This document shows, in pieces, positions 1-9,977 of a stretch of 64,000 nt of DNA. The stretch is from Candidatus Obscuribacteraceae bacterium (lineage in GTDB: Bacteria > Cyanobacteriota > Vampirovibrionia > Obscuribacterales > Obscuribacteraceae), in the NCBI GenBank assembly GCA_044226015.1, contig JBGAHS010000005.1, positions 320,001-384,000 on the forward strand, in the 5' to 3' direction. Within the stretch, counting starts at the first letter, position 1, and every line of letters starts with the position of its first letter. The notes below the pieces were generated by a model. The model worked only from the letters and a program-made list of their open reading frames with translations. It did not search any database and was not told the DNA's origin. The position numbers and the translations under genes are program-made.

Positions 1-1
1 C

Positions 2-952
2 TGTGCCGGGTCCGTTGCAAAAGAAAGAGAAGCCGGCTTTGCCGGTTTAGAGTTCTTTGGTTCATCTCAAACATCGAGACCAGAAATCGATAAGGTCTTA
101 CATCTGAAGCCTGGTGCTACAATTGAAACTACAGAGAAGGCGGTGGAACGTCTTCAGCTTGACTTTGACAAGAGAAATGTGAAGGGTACGGTAGAGCTGG
201 TTCCAGATTCTGGAGAGTACTTTATTGTTGTCGACGTTGCAGAGACCGGGTACAGCAACAAGACGGTAAACCGAAGGCTCATTGATTCGCATCATATTTA
301 TATGCAAAATGAAAAGCCGATGGATTTGCTCTTGCAGTTAAAGGCAAGAATGCAAAAGTTGGTTGATGAAGGACGTGCGACAAGCGAACGATATCAGGAT
401 GGCATCAGGCTCTTTGGTGATGCACCATGTCTCAACCTTGCAGAGAGTTTGATGAAATCACTCCAAGGTCAAAGACCATATATTTTCAAAATTCTTGCTA
501 GCGATCCCAATGGAGAGCGAAGAGCCATGGCTGCTGATTTGCTCAACTGGTGTGAGGATCCTGTCGGTAATTGTGCAGAGCTTATTCCAGCTCTGGACGA
601 TAGTGATGTACGGGTGCGTATGGCAGCTTCAAAGTATATTTGGGCCAGAATAGACATGTTGCCTTCTGAATTTCCTTATCAGGATCTCGTTGATGGTTTG
701 AGTCGGCAGCTTGCAAGACCTTCTCATCATGATCGTGTGAGAGCGCTTGCATCGTTAATCGCTCTAGCAAAGCACGATGGTGATAGTGTTATTTTGATCA
801 AAGCTGCCGATGAAGCAAAACTGAAAGAGATCGTTTCGACATCCGTTATACCAAGTGTACAAAACTCTGCCAGGCAGCTGATGTCGTTTTGTACTAATCC
901 TCCGGCACCAAAACGGCATCAGAGTATTCAATCGCCTGATTCTGACTATTAA
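2..952 (+). CDS. 5'-truncated protein: possible POTRA-like N-terminus plus HEAT-like helical repeats
   Basis: Frame is open from position 2 (CAGSVAKEREAGFAGLEFFGSS...) into track ORF 143..952; LIPALDDSDVRVRMAA is a HEAT/PBS-type repeat. Confidence 0.65.
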   Translation, partial: CAGSVAKEREAGFAGLEFFGSSQTSRPEIDKVLHLKPGATIETTEKAVERLQLDFDKRNVKGTVELVPDSGEYFIVVDVAETGYSNKTVNRRLIDSHHIYMQNEKPMDLLLQLKARMQKLVDEGRATSERYQDGIRLFGDAPCLNLAESLMKSLQGQRPYIFKILASDPNGERRAMAADLLNWCEDPVGNCAELIPALDDSDVRVRMAASKYIWARIDMLPSEFPYQDLVDGLSRQLARPSHHDRVRALASLIALAKHDGDSVILIKAADEAKLKEIVSTSVIPSVQNSARQLMSFCTNPPAPKRHQSIQSPDSDY

Positions 953-2174
953 TCAATTTGCTTTGATTTGCAAGGTCAATTTGATTTATTTGTTGTTCCG
1001 TTTCTTTCGTGTTTCGTCCATTTATTGTCTGAAAGCACCAGAGTTCTTCTAAAGCTTCAAGTTGTTCCTTTTCCTTGGTTTGAGCAATCTTTGCTTTCAA
1101 TATGAATTCGCGAGCTAAGGCTTCATTGTACAAATACTGCAATCCACCTATTAGATCGCTGCTGTAATTTCTGCGCTTTTTCTGAGGTGGTATTGTTTTT
1201 GAGCCCATCCATGTTTTGTGGAAATGCGAATCTAAAAATGGTTTGAATGGTATTGATTTACTTGTGCCGAAGTTATAAATGCTTTTTTTCAAATTACCGT
1301 AGTACCATTCATCGACTTTATGGAGTAATGAGATTTGCTTGTCTACTTCGCTTTTCTCTCCTCTCCACTGGAGAAATTGGGTGTATTCAGAACGTCTTAA
1401 GTACTCGCACTCGATCCAGTCATCCTTCGGATGCGAATTTTGATTTAGTTTTACTGCTTCTGCAATCGCTTTCTCATAGCAAGATTTTGCCGCGTCGAAA
1501 TCGTGCAGAGCTGCATAGCACCAGGCGAGTATACGAAGGTCTGGTGCCTTGCACTTCAGAAGCCATTCCTTCGCAAGCTCAGGCTGATCATCGTTGATCT
1601 CTACTTCTGCAATGTCTGTATAGACACTTTCCATAGGGTTCCATTTGTCTTCGTCGGTAAAGCGCAGATTCAATGCTTGTAAGTCTTTTAGTCTTTCAAG
1701 CAGTAGCTGCTTTTCCTCGTTGCTTTTGTGCATTCTAAGGTACAACTCAAGGAGTTCAGTGTAGAAAGTTGACCTTTCAATATCGTGATCGTTTTTTTTC
1801 TTGTCGCGTGCCATCATAACTCGATAGAGAGCTTCAGCTTTCGCATCTTGCGTTCCGGCTTCATATTGCCTTGCCAGTTCGAGTACCAGATCGCTTAAAC
1901 GCGGGTTCTTTAATGAGGAATTTTCGACACTTTTAAAATAAAGCTGGTTCTGAGATGGGCTCTCTGTATTGTTGGCGGCAGAACAAAGAAGAAGGTTTGC
2001 AATGTCTGTATTCGGGCAGCGAATCGCCAGATAGGTTCGGTCAAAACAGCTGAGTTGCTGAAGAAGAAAGGCTACAATTAACAAGCCTGCTACTGCAAGC
2101 ATGCTGGCAGATGAGCAAATAATCTTGCTTGAGCAAGTTAGGTCTTTGGGATTTGAAGGGAAATTGAATGTCAC
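894..2174 (-). CDS. Membrane-anchored TPR-like hypothetical protein
   Basis: 426-aa ORF, N-terminal hydrophobic helix, TPR-like segments (LAWCYAALHDFDAAKSCYEKAI). Confidence 0.65.
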   Translation of the reverse strand: MTFNFPSNPKDLTCSSKIICSSASMLAVAGLLIVAFLLQQLSCFDRTYLAIRCPNTDIANLLLCSAANNTESPSQNQLYFKSVENSSLKNPRLSDLVLELARQYEAGTQDAKAEALYRVMMARDKKKNDHDIERSTFYTELLELYLRMHKSNEEKQLLLERLKDLQALNLRFTDEDKWNPMESVYTDIAEVEINDDQPELAKEWLLKCKAPDLRILAWCYAALHDFDAAKSCYEKAIAEAVKLNQNSHPKDDWIECEYLRRSEYTQFLQWRGEKSEVDKQISLLHKVDEWYYGNLKKSIYNFGTSKSIPFKPFLDSHFHKTWMGSKTIPPQKKRRNYSSDLIGGLQYLYNEALAREFILKAKIAQTKEKEQLEALEELWCFQTINGRNTKETEQQINQIDLANQSKLINSQNQAIEYSDAVLVPED

Positions 2175-2234
2175 TTCGAATTCTCCCGGAGGATAATTCC
2201 ATCCTATTCCTATTCGCTCAGAAACGCTAATTAC

Positions 2235-2573
2235 CTATTTCTTTTCCGGCTTTCTTGTTTCTTCAAGACGCCCTCTTCCATCATAGAGGCAACGCTCTAC
2301 AGGATTCCCGCCAAGCAGATGTTCCTCGACAATCTGTGTGGCATCTTCTCGCGTCAGATGCGCGTACCACACTCCTTCAGGATAAACGACAGCCATAGGA
2401 CCGTTCCCGCATTGATCCATACAGCCCGCCTTGTTGATGCGAATTTCCTGCTTCAGTCCTCGTTTTGCAATTTCTGCACGCATTGCATCCATAACTTCAT
2501 CAGCGTGTTGCTCAGAACAGGTTTTACCTGTGGTGCAGACAAATACATGTTTCTTGTAGATTTCTTGTTTCAT
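2235..2573 (-). CDS. Thioredoxin-like [2Fe-2S] ferredoxin
   Basis: HVFVC..C, GCMDQCGNGP, VYPEGVWY and IVEEHL motifs. Confidence 0.9.
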   Translation of the reverse strand: MKQEIYKKHVFVCTTGKTCSEQHADEVMDAMRAEIAKRGLKQEIRINKAGCMDQCGNGPMAVVYPEGVWYAHLTREDATQIVEEHLLGGNPVERCLYDGRGRLEETRKPEKK

Positions 2574-2940
2574 TGATTACGCTCTTTGTCGCTTATTTGA
2601 TTTGCGAATTGCTAATTTGAGGTGTGCTTAGGCTTGGGTCATGTGAGTCTCGAGTGAAGCTGTTTGCTATCGAGTTTTGATCGCGCTGAAGTTGTCGAAC
2701 AATAACGAATCTCAACAGGCTTCCCTTCCTTTTGCTTTTGCCTTCATGCGTCCATGCTTCCATATAAAGGATAACAATCCGGAATCAAGTTCAGCCAGCC
2801 TCTGGATTAGCCGCTGCTCACATAAGAGCCATTGTTGCTGTCAAGGTGCGGCGTCAGCAAAGCTTCGTTACGCAAAAATCGCGAAAACTTGACGATTGCA
2901 CCGCAGACTTGTGAAAATGACCTTTGCTTCTGTGAGGAAG

Positions 2941-3095
2941 CGACCGTAGACAGTCTGGTGCGAACTTCGGTTCACTGAAAGGTTCGTCAGAGCCGCCAGC
3001 TAGAGGTCACAAACGACAATTCAAAAGTCGACCGGGAGATTTATCCCGATTTGTGTACCCCTGCGGATTTATATCCCAGGGATTTCGCTTTTTGG
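2941..3095 (+). promoter_or_regulatory. Ribosomal protein L10 leader (autoregulatory RNA) with downstream attenuator-like hairpin
   Basis: ACCGTAGACAG...GAGGT core typical of L10 leaders, directly upstream of rplJ; hairpin CCCTG..CAGGG followed by a T-run at about 3058-3093. Confidence 0.75.
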
Positions 3096-3147
3096 ACTCT
3101 CTTAAGTCAACGGCAATCAATACGACTCTCTGTAAAAAGAGGCATTA

Positions 3148-3675
3148 ATGGCTACCAAAACAAGAAAAGAAGAAATTGTGGCGGAGCTTGAGGCGCTTTT
3201 GGAAAAGAGCAGTGTTGTCATTGCGGCTGACCTCTCCGGATTTACCGTTGAGGAAATCACAAAGTTTCGCAGGAAACTAGACAAAGACAATGCTCAGTGC
3301 AAAATCGCCAAGAACACCCTTATAAGCATTGCTAGTTCGAAGGGCGTTTTCGCCCCAATCAAGGACGTAGCAAAAGGACCGATAGCCCTGATTCTAGGGT
3401 TTGAAGACCCAGCCGCTCCAGCTAAAACCACTCTAGCTTTCCTCAAGGAAAAAAAGAAGGGCGAAGTTAAGGGCGCTGTGCTTGAAGGAAAGCTACTGAC
3501 ACCCAAACAAGTTAAAGATGTTGCAGACCTACCATCGAGAGAAGTTCTCCTTTCTGGTATCTGTGGCGGCTTGAACTCCGGAGCTCAAGGCATTGCAGGC
3601 ATTCTCAACAATGTCATTGCCGACATTGCTGTACTCGTCGAAAAAGTCGCCGAGAAGCAGAATGGCGCAGCCTAG
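3148..3675 (+). CDS. rplJ: 50S ribosomal protein L10
   Basis: KNTL and LPSREVLL motifs; directly upstream of rplL. Confidence 0.97.
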   Translation: MATKTRKEEIVAELEALLEKSSVVIAADLSGFTVEEITKFRRKLDKDNAQCKIAKNTLISIASSKGVFAPIKDVAKGPIALILGFEDPAAPAKTTLAFLKEKKKGEVKGAVLEGKLLTPKQVKDVADLPSREVLLSGICGGLNSGAQGIAGILNNVIADIAVLVEKVAEKQNGAA

Positions 3676-3730
3676 TCGCTTGCTAAACGTTATTCATTGA
3701 TTTATTGAACTCAAAAGGAGATTTCAAAAA

Positions 3731-4117
3731 ATGGCTACTAAACTATCAGTAGAAGATTTGCTCGAACAAATCGGCAATCTGACCCTTATCGAAGCAGCTG
3801 AACTCAAGAAACTCATGGAAGACAAGTTCGGCGTAACAGCTGCTGCTCCTATGGCTATGGCTATGATGCCAGGCGCCGCTGCTCCAGCTGCAGCTGCTGA
3901 AGAAAAGACCGAATTCGACGTAATCCTAACTTCAGTTGGCGACAAGAAGATCGAAGTTCTCAAGGTCGTTCGCGAAGTTACCGGTCTCGGTTTGAAAGAA
4001 GCCAAAGATCTCGTAGATTCAGCTCCAAAGCCGCTGAAGGAAAAGATCAAGAAGGAAGATGCAGAAGCAATGAAAGCCAAGCTCGAAGCAACAGGCGCAA
4101 AGGTCGAAATCAAGTAA
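3731..4117 (+). CDS. rplL: 50S ribosomal protein L7/L12
   Basis: [37 protein letters not shown]. Confidence 0.99.
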   Translation: MATKLSVEDLLEQIGNLTLIEAAELKKLMEDKFGVTAAAPMAMAMMPGAAAPAAAAEEKTEFDVILTSVGDKKIEVLKVVREVTGLGLKEAKDLVDSAPKPLKEKIKKEDAEAMKAKLEATGAKVEIK

Positions 4118-4139
4118 ACCTTTCTTCCAAGAAACTATT

Positions 4140-4168
4140 AAGAGGGCTGATTTTTCAGCCCTCTTTTT
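4140..4168 (+). terminator. Intrinsic terminator of rplJL
   Basis: AAGAGGGCTGA/TCAGCCCTCTT stem followed by a T-run. Confidence 0.9.
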
Positions 4169-4423
4169 GTTTGCTGTGTGTCGGATAAGATTTTTCTTGT
4201 TGGAACTCTTTGCAGCAAAGAACTGACAGAACTCTGTTCAGAACTGCGTTTACAGGAATCAAGCTGAAAACGCGGCAGAAATGCTGCGGCGGCTCTGCTA
4301 GACTGAATCAGGGGGCATTTAATCTTACTAGAGCGTTAAACTAGACTGAAGTACCTTCAGCCTAAAGTTGCTAAACTGATAGTGCTCAACAAAAGACGGA
4401 GGGCGGGTTCCGCCAAAAGAAGT

Positions 4424-5995
4424 ATGCAGTGTCCTGGTTGCGGTCTTTATCATCCGGCTAGATATGAACAATGCGTTTCCTGCGGGCGTCAGTTGAATGG
4501 TGGCGAAGGTGGTGCTGCCCCTTCCAGCGCTGCGGAAGAATCGCCGCAGTTTGAGCAGGAAGAACATGATGATGAGGTAGATGCTGGGCGTCGTCGCCCG
4601 GCAAAAGCAAAGCCAGCTGGCAAAAAGAGCTTGCCGCTGGCGATGATTGTTATCGGAGTTGGCATTTTGCTTGCTTCGGCTGGTGGCACATTTTTCTTTT
4701 TGTCACGACCACCTGAAAGCGACAGATTGCTATCTGAAGGTCAGAAGCAATTAGCAAATGGACAGTTCGCCTTTGCTGAGAAAACACTTGAACAGGCTCG
4801 CGCGATCAAGCCTGATGATCCCAAAATTTTGTTGAGCCTTGCTCGAGCTTATGTAGGAACTGATCAGGTAGAACGCGCATGGAGCTGCGTTACTCAAGCA
4901 AAAGAGACAGGGTCTGGGGTGCTAAGTGACCCGCAGCTCGCATCTGATCTCGCGAAGTATTACATTCAGCGCAATCAATACTCTCGCGCGTCGGATTTGT
5001 TGCGTCCTCTGGCAGAACAAAACGTTCCGCACAAGAAGACTGAGCTGGCAGACCTTGATGCATTGTGGGGCGATGATTGTTTTAACCGTGGAGAAACTCC
5101 GCAGGCTTTGAAGTGTTGGGAAGAAATAAAACAACTCGGTGAAGGTTCGCGTTTCTCAGAATGTGATACCAGACTCGCCACCATTTATCAAAAGCTATCG
5201 AATGAGGCTTTTGGCAAAGACGATATCGATGGCGCCATAAATGCGCTCAATAATTTAAATCATCTGGCGCCGAGCCCGCAGACTTACGAGAAGTGCGGTG
5301 ACTTGTATGCCAAGAAGGGCCAGTTGGATCTAGCCATCGAGCAAATTCGCAGCGCGATTAAAGCCGGAACGGGCTCGAAGGAACTCAATCACAAGTTAGC
5401 TGCATTGATGTCGAAGCATGGCAAAGAGTTATTGGCAAAAGGAAATACCGAAGACGGCTATGCTTTCTTGCAACAAGCGCAGAGCTACGATAGTTCGCTG
5501 AAGCTTCCGACAGTGGGGTTGCAGGACGTCAACATTAGTGTTGACGCACAGGGCGGGCTGGTTCGTGCAACTGGACGAGCTTGGAACCCGGGTCCTAATC
5601 AAGTTTCCTATTTGACAGTGAAAGCAGAACTGTTTGATACCATCAATTCCCAGCTTGTCTGGTCAAAAGACCAGCGAGTGGTAGACGAATTTGTAGCGCC
5701 ATTGCAGAAAAGTGATTCTCGACCTTTCGAAATTTCTGGTCCTTTGACAGTTGGACAAACCGGTCTTGAGTTGAGAGTGTATCTTGATGGAAGACTTTAT
5801 AAGAGCTTCGAGTTGGGCAAAGAGGGTGGAACATCTCAGCCTTCTGCTCAGGCACCGGCGCAGGAAGCTCCACAACTGAGACCAGCACCGAATATGCCTC
5901 AAGTCGCTCCGCCAATTCAGCAGAATCCAAACACTGCCGCACCTCCACCTGGGGGAGTTTCGCCGGAAGAGCGAACCCTGCGCGATCTGGAATAG
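4424..5995 (+). CDS. Zinc-ribbon / transmembrane / TPR protein with C-terminal beta-rich domain
   Basis: CPGC...CVSC, one TM helix, multiple TPRs; start moved to ATG 4424. Confidence 0.8.
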   Translation: MQCPGCGLYHPARYEQCVSCGRQLNGGEGGAAPSSAAEESPQFEQEEHDDEVDAGRRRPAKAKPAGKKSLPLAMIVIGVGILLASAGGTFFFLSRPPESDRLLSEGQKQLANGQFAFAEKTLEQARAIKPDDPKILLSLARAYVGTDQVERAWSCVTQAKETGSGVLSDPQLASDLAKYYIQRNQYSRASDLLRPLAEQNVPHKKTELADLDALWGDDCFNRGETPQALKCWEEIKQLGEGSRFSECDTRLATIYQKLSNEAFGKDDIDGAINALNNLNHLAPSPQTYEKCGDLYAKKGQLDLAIEQIRSAIKAGTGSKELNHKLAALMSKHGKELLAKGNTEDGYAFLQQAQSYDSSLKLPTVGLQDVNISVDAQGGLVRATGRAWNPGPNQVSYLTVKAELFDTINSQLVWSKDQRVVDEFVAPLQKSDSRPFEISGPLTVGQTGLELRVYLDGRLYKSFELGKEGGTSQPSAQAPAQEAPQLRPAPNMPQVAPPIQQNPNTAAPPPGGVSPEERTLRDLE

Positions 5996-6169
5996 ACGAT
6001 TAGCTCAAGGCAGGCTCCTACTTTTAGTAAGCTTTGCCTTGTTGCTGAAATCGTTTGGATTAGCTCAGCTTTTGTAAACAGCACGAACGACGATGCTTGC
6101 ACTTTTTGTGGACTGACTAAGCTCTGTGAGTTTGGGGCATATTCTGAATGACCGGGAAAGGCTATTTCA

Positions 6170-9115
6170 TTGGACTTGCCGAATCTAACTATTCTAAGAG
6201 AACTTGGCAGTGGCGCAAGCGGCAACGTTTATTTGGCTGAGCATCATCTATTGCAAAAGCAAGTAGTCGTTAAAGTTATGAAAACCGACGGCGACTCTTC
6301 TCAGTGGATTGCGCGCTTCAAAAGAGAAGCACAGACTATGAGTAAGATCACTAATCCTCATATTCCGAAGGTCTACTCATTCTTTATCGAAGAACCTGAT
6401 CGCGCTGTTCTTGTAATGGAGTATATCGAGGGCACTTCGATACAAGAATTGATTGAGAAAAATGGAGCCTTTCCACCAGAACAAGCATGTCAAATTATGC
6501 TTGAACTTTGTGAGTCAATGCAGGTTGCGCATGAGCTTGGTATTGTCCATCGTGATATAAAACCGAGCAATATTCTGCTGTCCGACAGTGGAATTCCGCA
6601 CATTATTGATTTCGGAGTTGCGAAGAATTTGTCGGCTCAAGAGCTGCAGAAGTTGACGGCAACTGGTGCTTTTGTAGGAACTCCGTCTTACATGAGTCCA
6701 GAACAGTGTAGTGGCAATGTTGCTAGCGCCGGCGCAGATGTTTATTCTCTGGCTTGTGTTTTGTTCTTCATGCTTACTGGTCGTGAGCTTTTTACAGGAA
6801 ATACTCCTGCAGAAGTGATGATGAAGCACCTCAACACTGAGCCTGATCTATCGGCTGTTCCAATTATGGATTTAAGAGTACTGCTTGCTTTGGCTCTCGA
6901 AAAGCAAAGTGCAAGTAGGCTAGGGTCGTGTGCAGATTTTGCAAAGCAGCTCAAAACGGCAGATTTGACGGGCTCCAGAGCCCTTTCAGCAAGACTAAAA
7001 CCTTTACTGGTTAGTGCTGCTGTAGTGTGCTTAGCGCTCTCTTGTTTCATCGAATGGAAATATCTTTCAGGCTCTAATAAAAAGGCGTCGGGCAATCTTG
7101 CTGCTGTTTCATTTAAGCCTCGGGAATTTGCCTTGTATTTTGAAACAGCCGAGCAAGAGTCGCAGAAGAGCAATTATAAGAAGTCAATTGAAGAGTTGAA
7201 AAAAGCTGCGACGCTTTTTTCGATTGCTAGTGAGTCTGAAGAAGGCACGAAGAAACTAGCACGCGACTATGAGGAATTTTACCTCCGTAGGAACAGCTCA
7301 CCCGCCAAGATGACTCGTGTTTATTTTGTATTGATTTCGGCGTGCATAGCGGGTCATTTTGACAATAACCTAAAGCTAGCTCATAGTTATTTTACCAAGC
7401 AAATGCAAATTATTGTCGAGCATCCTGAAATTGCGTTCGTTCGTTCAGAAGCACATCGTGAGCTTCCCTTAGAGCAGTTATTGAGTGAACAGTGCAAGCT
7501 TCTTGATGCTAAAGGAAAATACTCAGCTTCCTTGCAATGGCTATGCGAACTCTACGACCGAATGAAGCAAAATAATCTTCTAACAGATATTTCCGAGGCT
7601 AGGTTTTCATTGCGTTCATTGATCGCTTATGAATATGTTAGGGTGCAGCGTCCAGTGGTATCGGATGCGGTATCGGATGATATGAAGCATTATGCTTTAG
7701 GACGGCTCTCTAAAGCAGTGAGAGAGTTTTCATTTGCGAATGGTTCGACCATTGGAGAATTCAGCAAAGCTCTGTTTGAAAGTTCTGTTTTCTATACATC
7801 TTTTGTTGGTTCAAAAGACTATGCCCTAGCAATCGAATTTCTAAAGGATAGCAGGCACCTTCTTGATAGATTCAACCTGGTTTATCCTGACGTGATTGCT
7901 GCCTTCAGTTCGAGGCTGTCCTGCAGCGATTTCTATGTTCCAAGCGAGGACATTGAGTTTCTTGATGGATGTATGATTCAAGCATTTAGGAATGCAGCGC
8001 TAGAGGGGAAACCTACAAACGTGCTTCACTTTCATAAAGGATTCGAGTGTGTTGTTGATCACTACAGATCATTCAAGAACCTCAAACTAACCCACCATGA
8101 AACCAGGATGAGAGAGTTTGAATTCGTTTTTCGTACTCGTGAGTTCTTCACGGAAGGTACAAAATATTCGTTTGAAGAGAAATTATTGTGCTATGCAACT
8201 ATGGGGCAATATTTCCTGGAGGAAAGCGATTGCAGAAACTTCAAATATTTGAGAGCGCGTGACGGTTTGATTCAAATCATAGAAGATGCTTCACCCTGGA
8301 AATTGAATGAGAAAGCGTGCACTCAGCTAGAAATCGCTATACGAGGTGCTTCCGTCGCCGGATTAACAAAAGAGCCAGCGCAAGACTTGTCTCGTTTCGC
8401 AAATCGACTACTTGAAACCTTGCGCAAGCAGCAGTTTTTTCATTCTGACAAGATTCACGCAATTGCTTTATCTCAGTGGTTTCACGTTGCGGTATTAACG
8501 AGACAAACCGATGCGCGTGATTTCGATAAGCATTTCTCTGAGTTCAAGAAACTAGAAGACAAACTATTGAAGTCCAATTCTGTTTGCCTGAGCATGCTGA
8601 GTTCGGTTTGCTACATCGGAGACATTTTGACTTCGCTTGGGCGCAAAGATGAGGCCTTCGTTTTTCAAATGGATTTTGTTAATCGTTGGAATGCCTGCGA
8701 GTCTAAGCCGCATCATTATGATGCGCCAATTTTGGCTGCAGCACTCAAGAATTTCAAACCAGGTGAGCATCGCTTAGAAGACCTGGTAAAAGACTTTCAG
8801 TGCTCGTTGACAAATGCAGATGACGACAATTTTTCTTCCCAGGCGGAGAAAGTCTGGGTGACGATGGTAAACAGATTGCCAGAGCTTATTGTCGAGGAAA
8901 AGAAAGATTACAGTGCAGCTATAAAACTGCCTCGAGACACATTGCAAGCTTTCAAGGCGAAGAAGTGTTTGATGCCGCGACTGGAGAGCATTTGCTTGAA
9001 AAAGATTTTGAGCCTGTCTGAACGTAGTCAGCAGCATTTGGCTACAGAAGATGAAACAAAGAGGTTTAAGGAACTTCTTTCATCGAATAAACTTGGAGAT
9101 GATGAAAGGAACTAG
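6170..9115 (+). CDS. Hanks-type Ser/Thr protein kinase with TM helix and long helical C-terminal region
   Basis: GSGASG, VVK, HRDIKPSN, DFG, GTPSYMSPE. Confidence 0.92.
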   Translation: MDLPNLTILRELGSGASGNVYLAEHHLLQKQVVVKVMKTDGDSSQWIARFKREAQTMSKITNPHIPKVYSFFIEEPDRAVLVMEYIEGTSIQELIEKNGAFPPEQACQIMLELCESMQVAHELGIVHRDIKPSNILLSDSGIPHIIDFGVAKNLSAQELQKLTATGAFVGTPSYMSPEQCSGNVASAGADVYSLACVLFFMLTGRELFTGNTPAEVMMKHLNTEPDLSAVPIMDLRVLLALALEKQSASRLGSCADFAKQLKTADLTGSRALSARLKPLLVSAAVVCLALSCFIEWKYLSGSNKKASGNLAAVSFKPREFALYFETAEQESQKSNYKKSIEELKKAATLFSIASESEEGTKKLARDYEEFYLRRNSSPAKMTRVYFVLISACIAGHFDNNLKLAHSYFTKQMQIIVEHPEIAFVRSEAHRELPLEQLLSEQCKLLDAKGKYSASLQWLCELYDRMKQNNLLTDISEARFSLRSLIAYEYVRVQRPVVSDAVSDDMKHYALGRLSKAVREFSFANGSTIGEFSKALFESSVFYTSFVGSKDYALAIEFLKDSRHLLDRFNLVYPDVIAAFSSRLSCSDFYVPSEDIEFLDGCMIQAFRNAALEGKPTNVLHFHKGFECVVDHYRSFKNLKLTHHETRMREFEFVFRTREFFTEGTKYSFEEKLLCYATMGQYFLEESDCRNFKYLRARDGLIQIIEDASPWKLNEKACTQLEIAIRGASVAGLTKEPAQDLSRFANRLLETLRKQQFFHSDKIHAIALSQWFHVAVLTRQTDARDFDKHFSEFKKLEDKLLKSNSVCLSMLSSVCYIGDILTSLGRKDEAFVFQMDFVNRWNACESKPHHYDAPILAAALKNFKPGEHRLEDLVKDFQCSLTNADDDNFSSQAEKVWVTMVNRLPELIVEEKKDYSAAIKLPRDTLQAFKAKKCLMPRLESICLKKILSLSERSQQHLATEDETKRFKELLSSNKLGDDERN

Positions 9116-9116
9116 T

Positions 9117-9902
9117 ATGTCGAGAACAATCGTTGATAGCCATGCGCATCTTGGCTGGGACTCATTCAAGGAGGATCGCTCTGAAGTGATCGAGCGTGCC
9201 TTCGGCAGTGGCATATCGCAAATTGTGCAGGCTGGCGTTGATTTTGTCACCTTGCAAGAGCAACTTGAAATTGCAGACCGTTACGCCAATATTTGGAACG
9301 GTGTGGGTTTGCATCCGCATGAAGCTAAGTCGTGGAATGCTGACTCTGCTGACGTGGTTCGCGATGCATTTAAGCATCGTTCAATGGTGGCTATTGGCGA
9401 ATGCGGACTGGACTATTTCTACAATCACAGCGAACCCGATACGCAAAAGGAAATCTTCCGTCAGCAAGTTCGTCTTGCTAGAGAAATGAAAAAGCCTCTG
9501 ATAATTCATACTCGCGATGCATGGGACGAAACCTTCGATATTCTTCGTTCGGAGGGAAAAGGCGAAGTAACAGGTGTATTCCATTGCTTCACTGGTGGAC
9601 CAGCCCAGATGCCTGAGATTGAGAAGCTCGATTTTTACGTTTCATTTTCAGGTATTTTGACATTTAAGAAAGCAACCGATATCCAAGCTGCTGCACCTAT
9701 GGTTGCCTCTGAGAGGCTTATGGTTGAGACTGATTCGCCTTATCTTGCTCCGGAAGGCAAACGAGGCAAGCGAAACGAGCCTTCCTATGTTTGGATTACG
9801 GCTGAAAAGCTGGCGGCATTGAGGCAAACCGATGTCGATAACATCGCAGCTCAAACTTCGGAAAATGCTCGTCGCTTATTTAATTTGCCAGAGCCAGTTT
9901 AG
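9117..9902 (+). CDS. tatD: TatD family hydrolase/DNase
   Basis: DSHAH, GLHPH, IGECGLD, HTRDA, HCF, ETDSPYL; start at ATG 9117 after AAGGA. Confidence 0.95.
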   Translation: MSRTIVDSHAHLGWDSFKEDRSEVIERAFGSGISQIVQAGVDFVTLQEQLEIADRYANIWNGVGLHPHEAKSWNADSADVVRDAFKHRSMVAIGECGLDYFYNHSEPDTQKEIFRQQVRLAREMKKPLIIHTRDAWDETFDILRSEGKGEVTGVFHCFTGGPAQMPEIEKLDFYVSFSGILTFKKATDIQAAAPMVASERLMVETDSPYLAPEGKRGKRNEPSYVWITAEKLAALRQTDVDNIAAQTSENARRLFNLPEPV

Positions 9903-9977
9903 GATCTGATAACTGGTAATTCAGCCGTGGGAATATCCTCATTTACTTTTTACTCATACTTGGTTTAGATTAGATGT

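Noticed and set aside
2577..2892. Short ORFs between ferredoxin and rplJ (71 aa plus; ~56 aa minus)
   Set aside because: No RBS or family features; likely regulatory spacer.
3724..4113. Antisense shadow ORFs such as that opposite rplL, and many similar short ORFs in the track
   Set aside because: Fully overlap well-supported genes; explained by codon bias.
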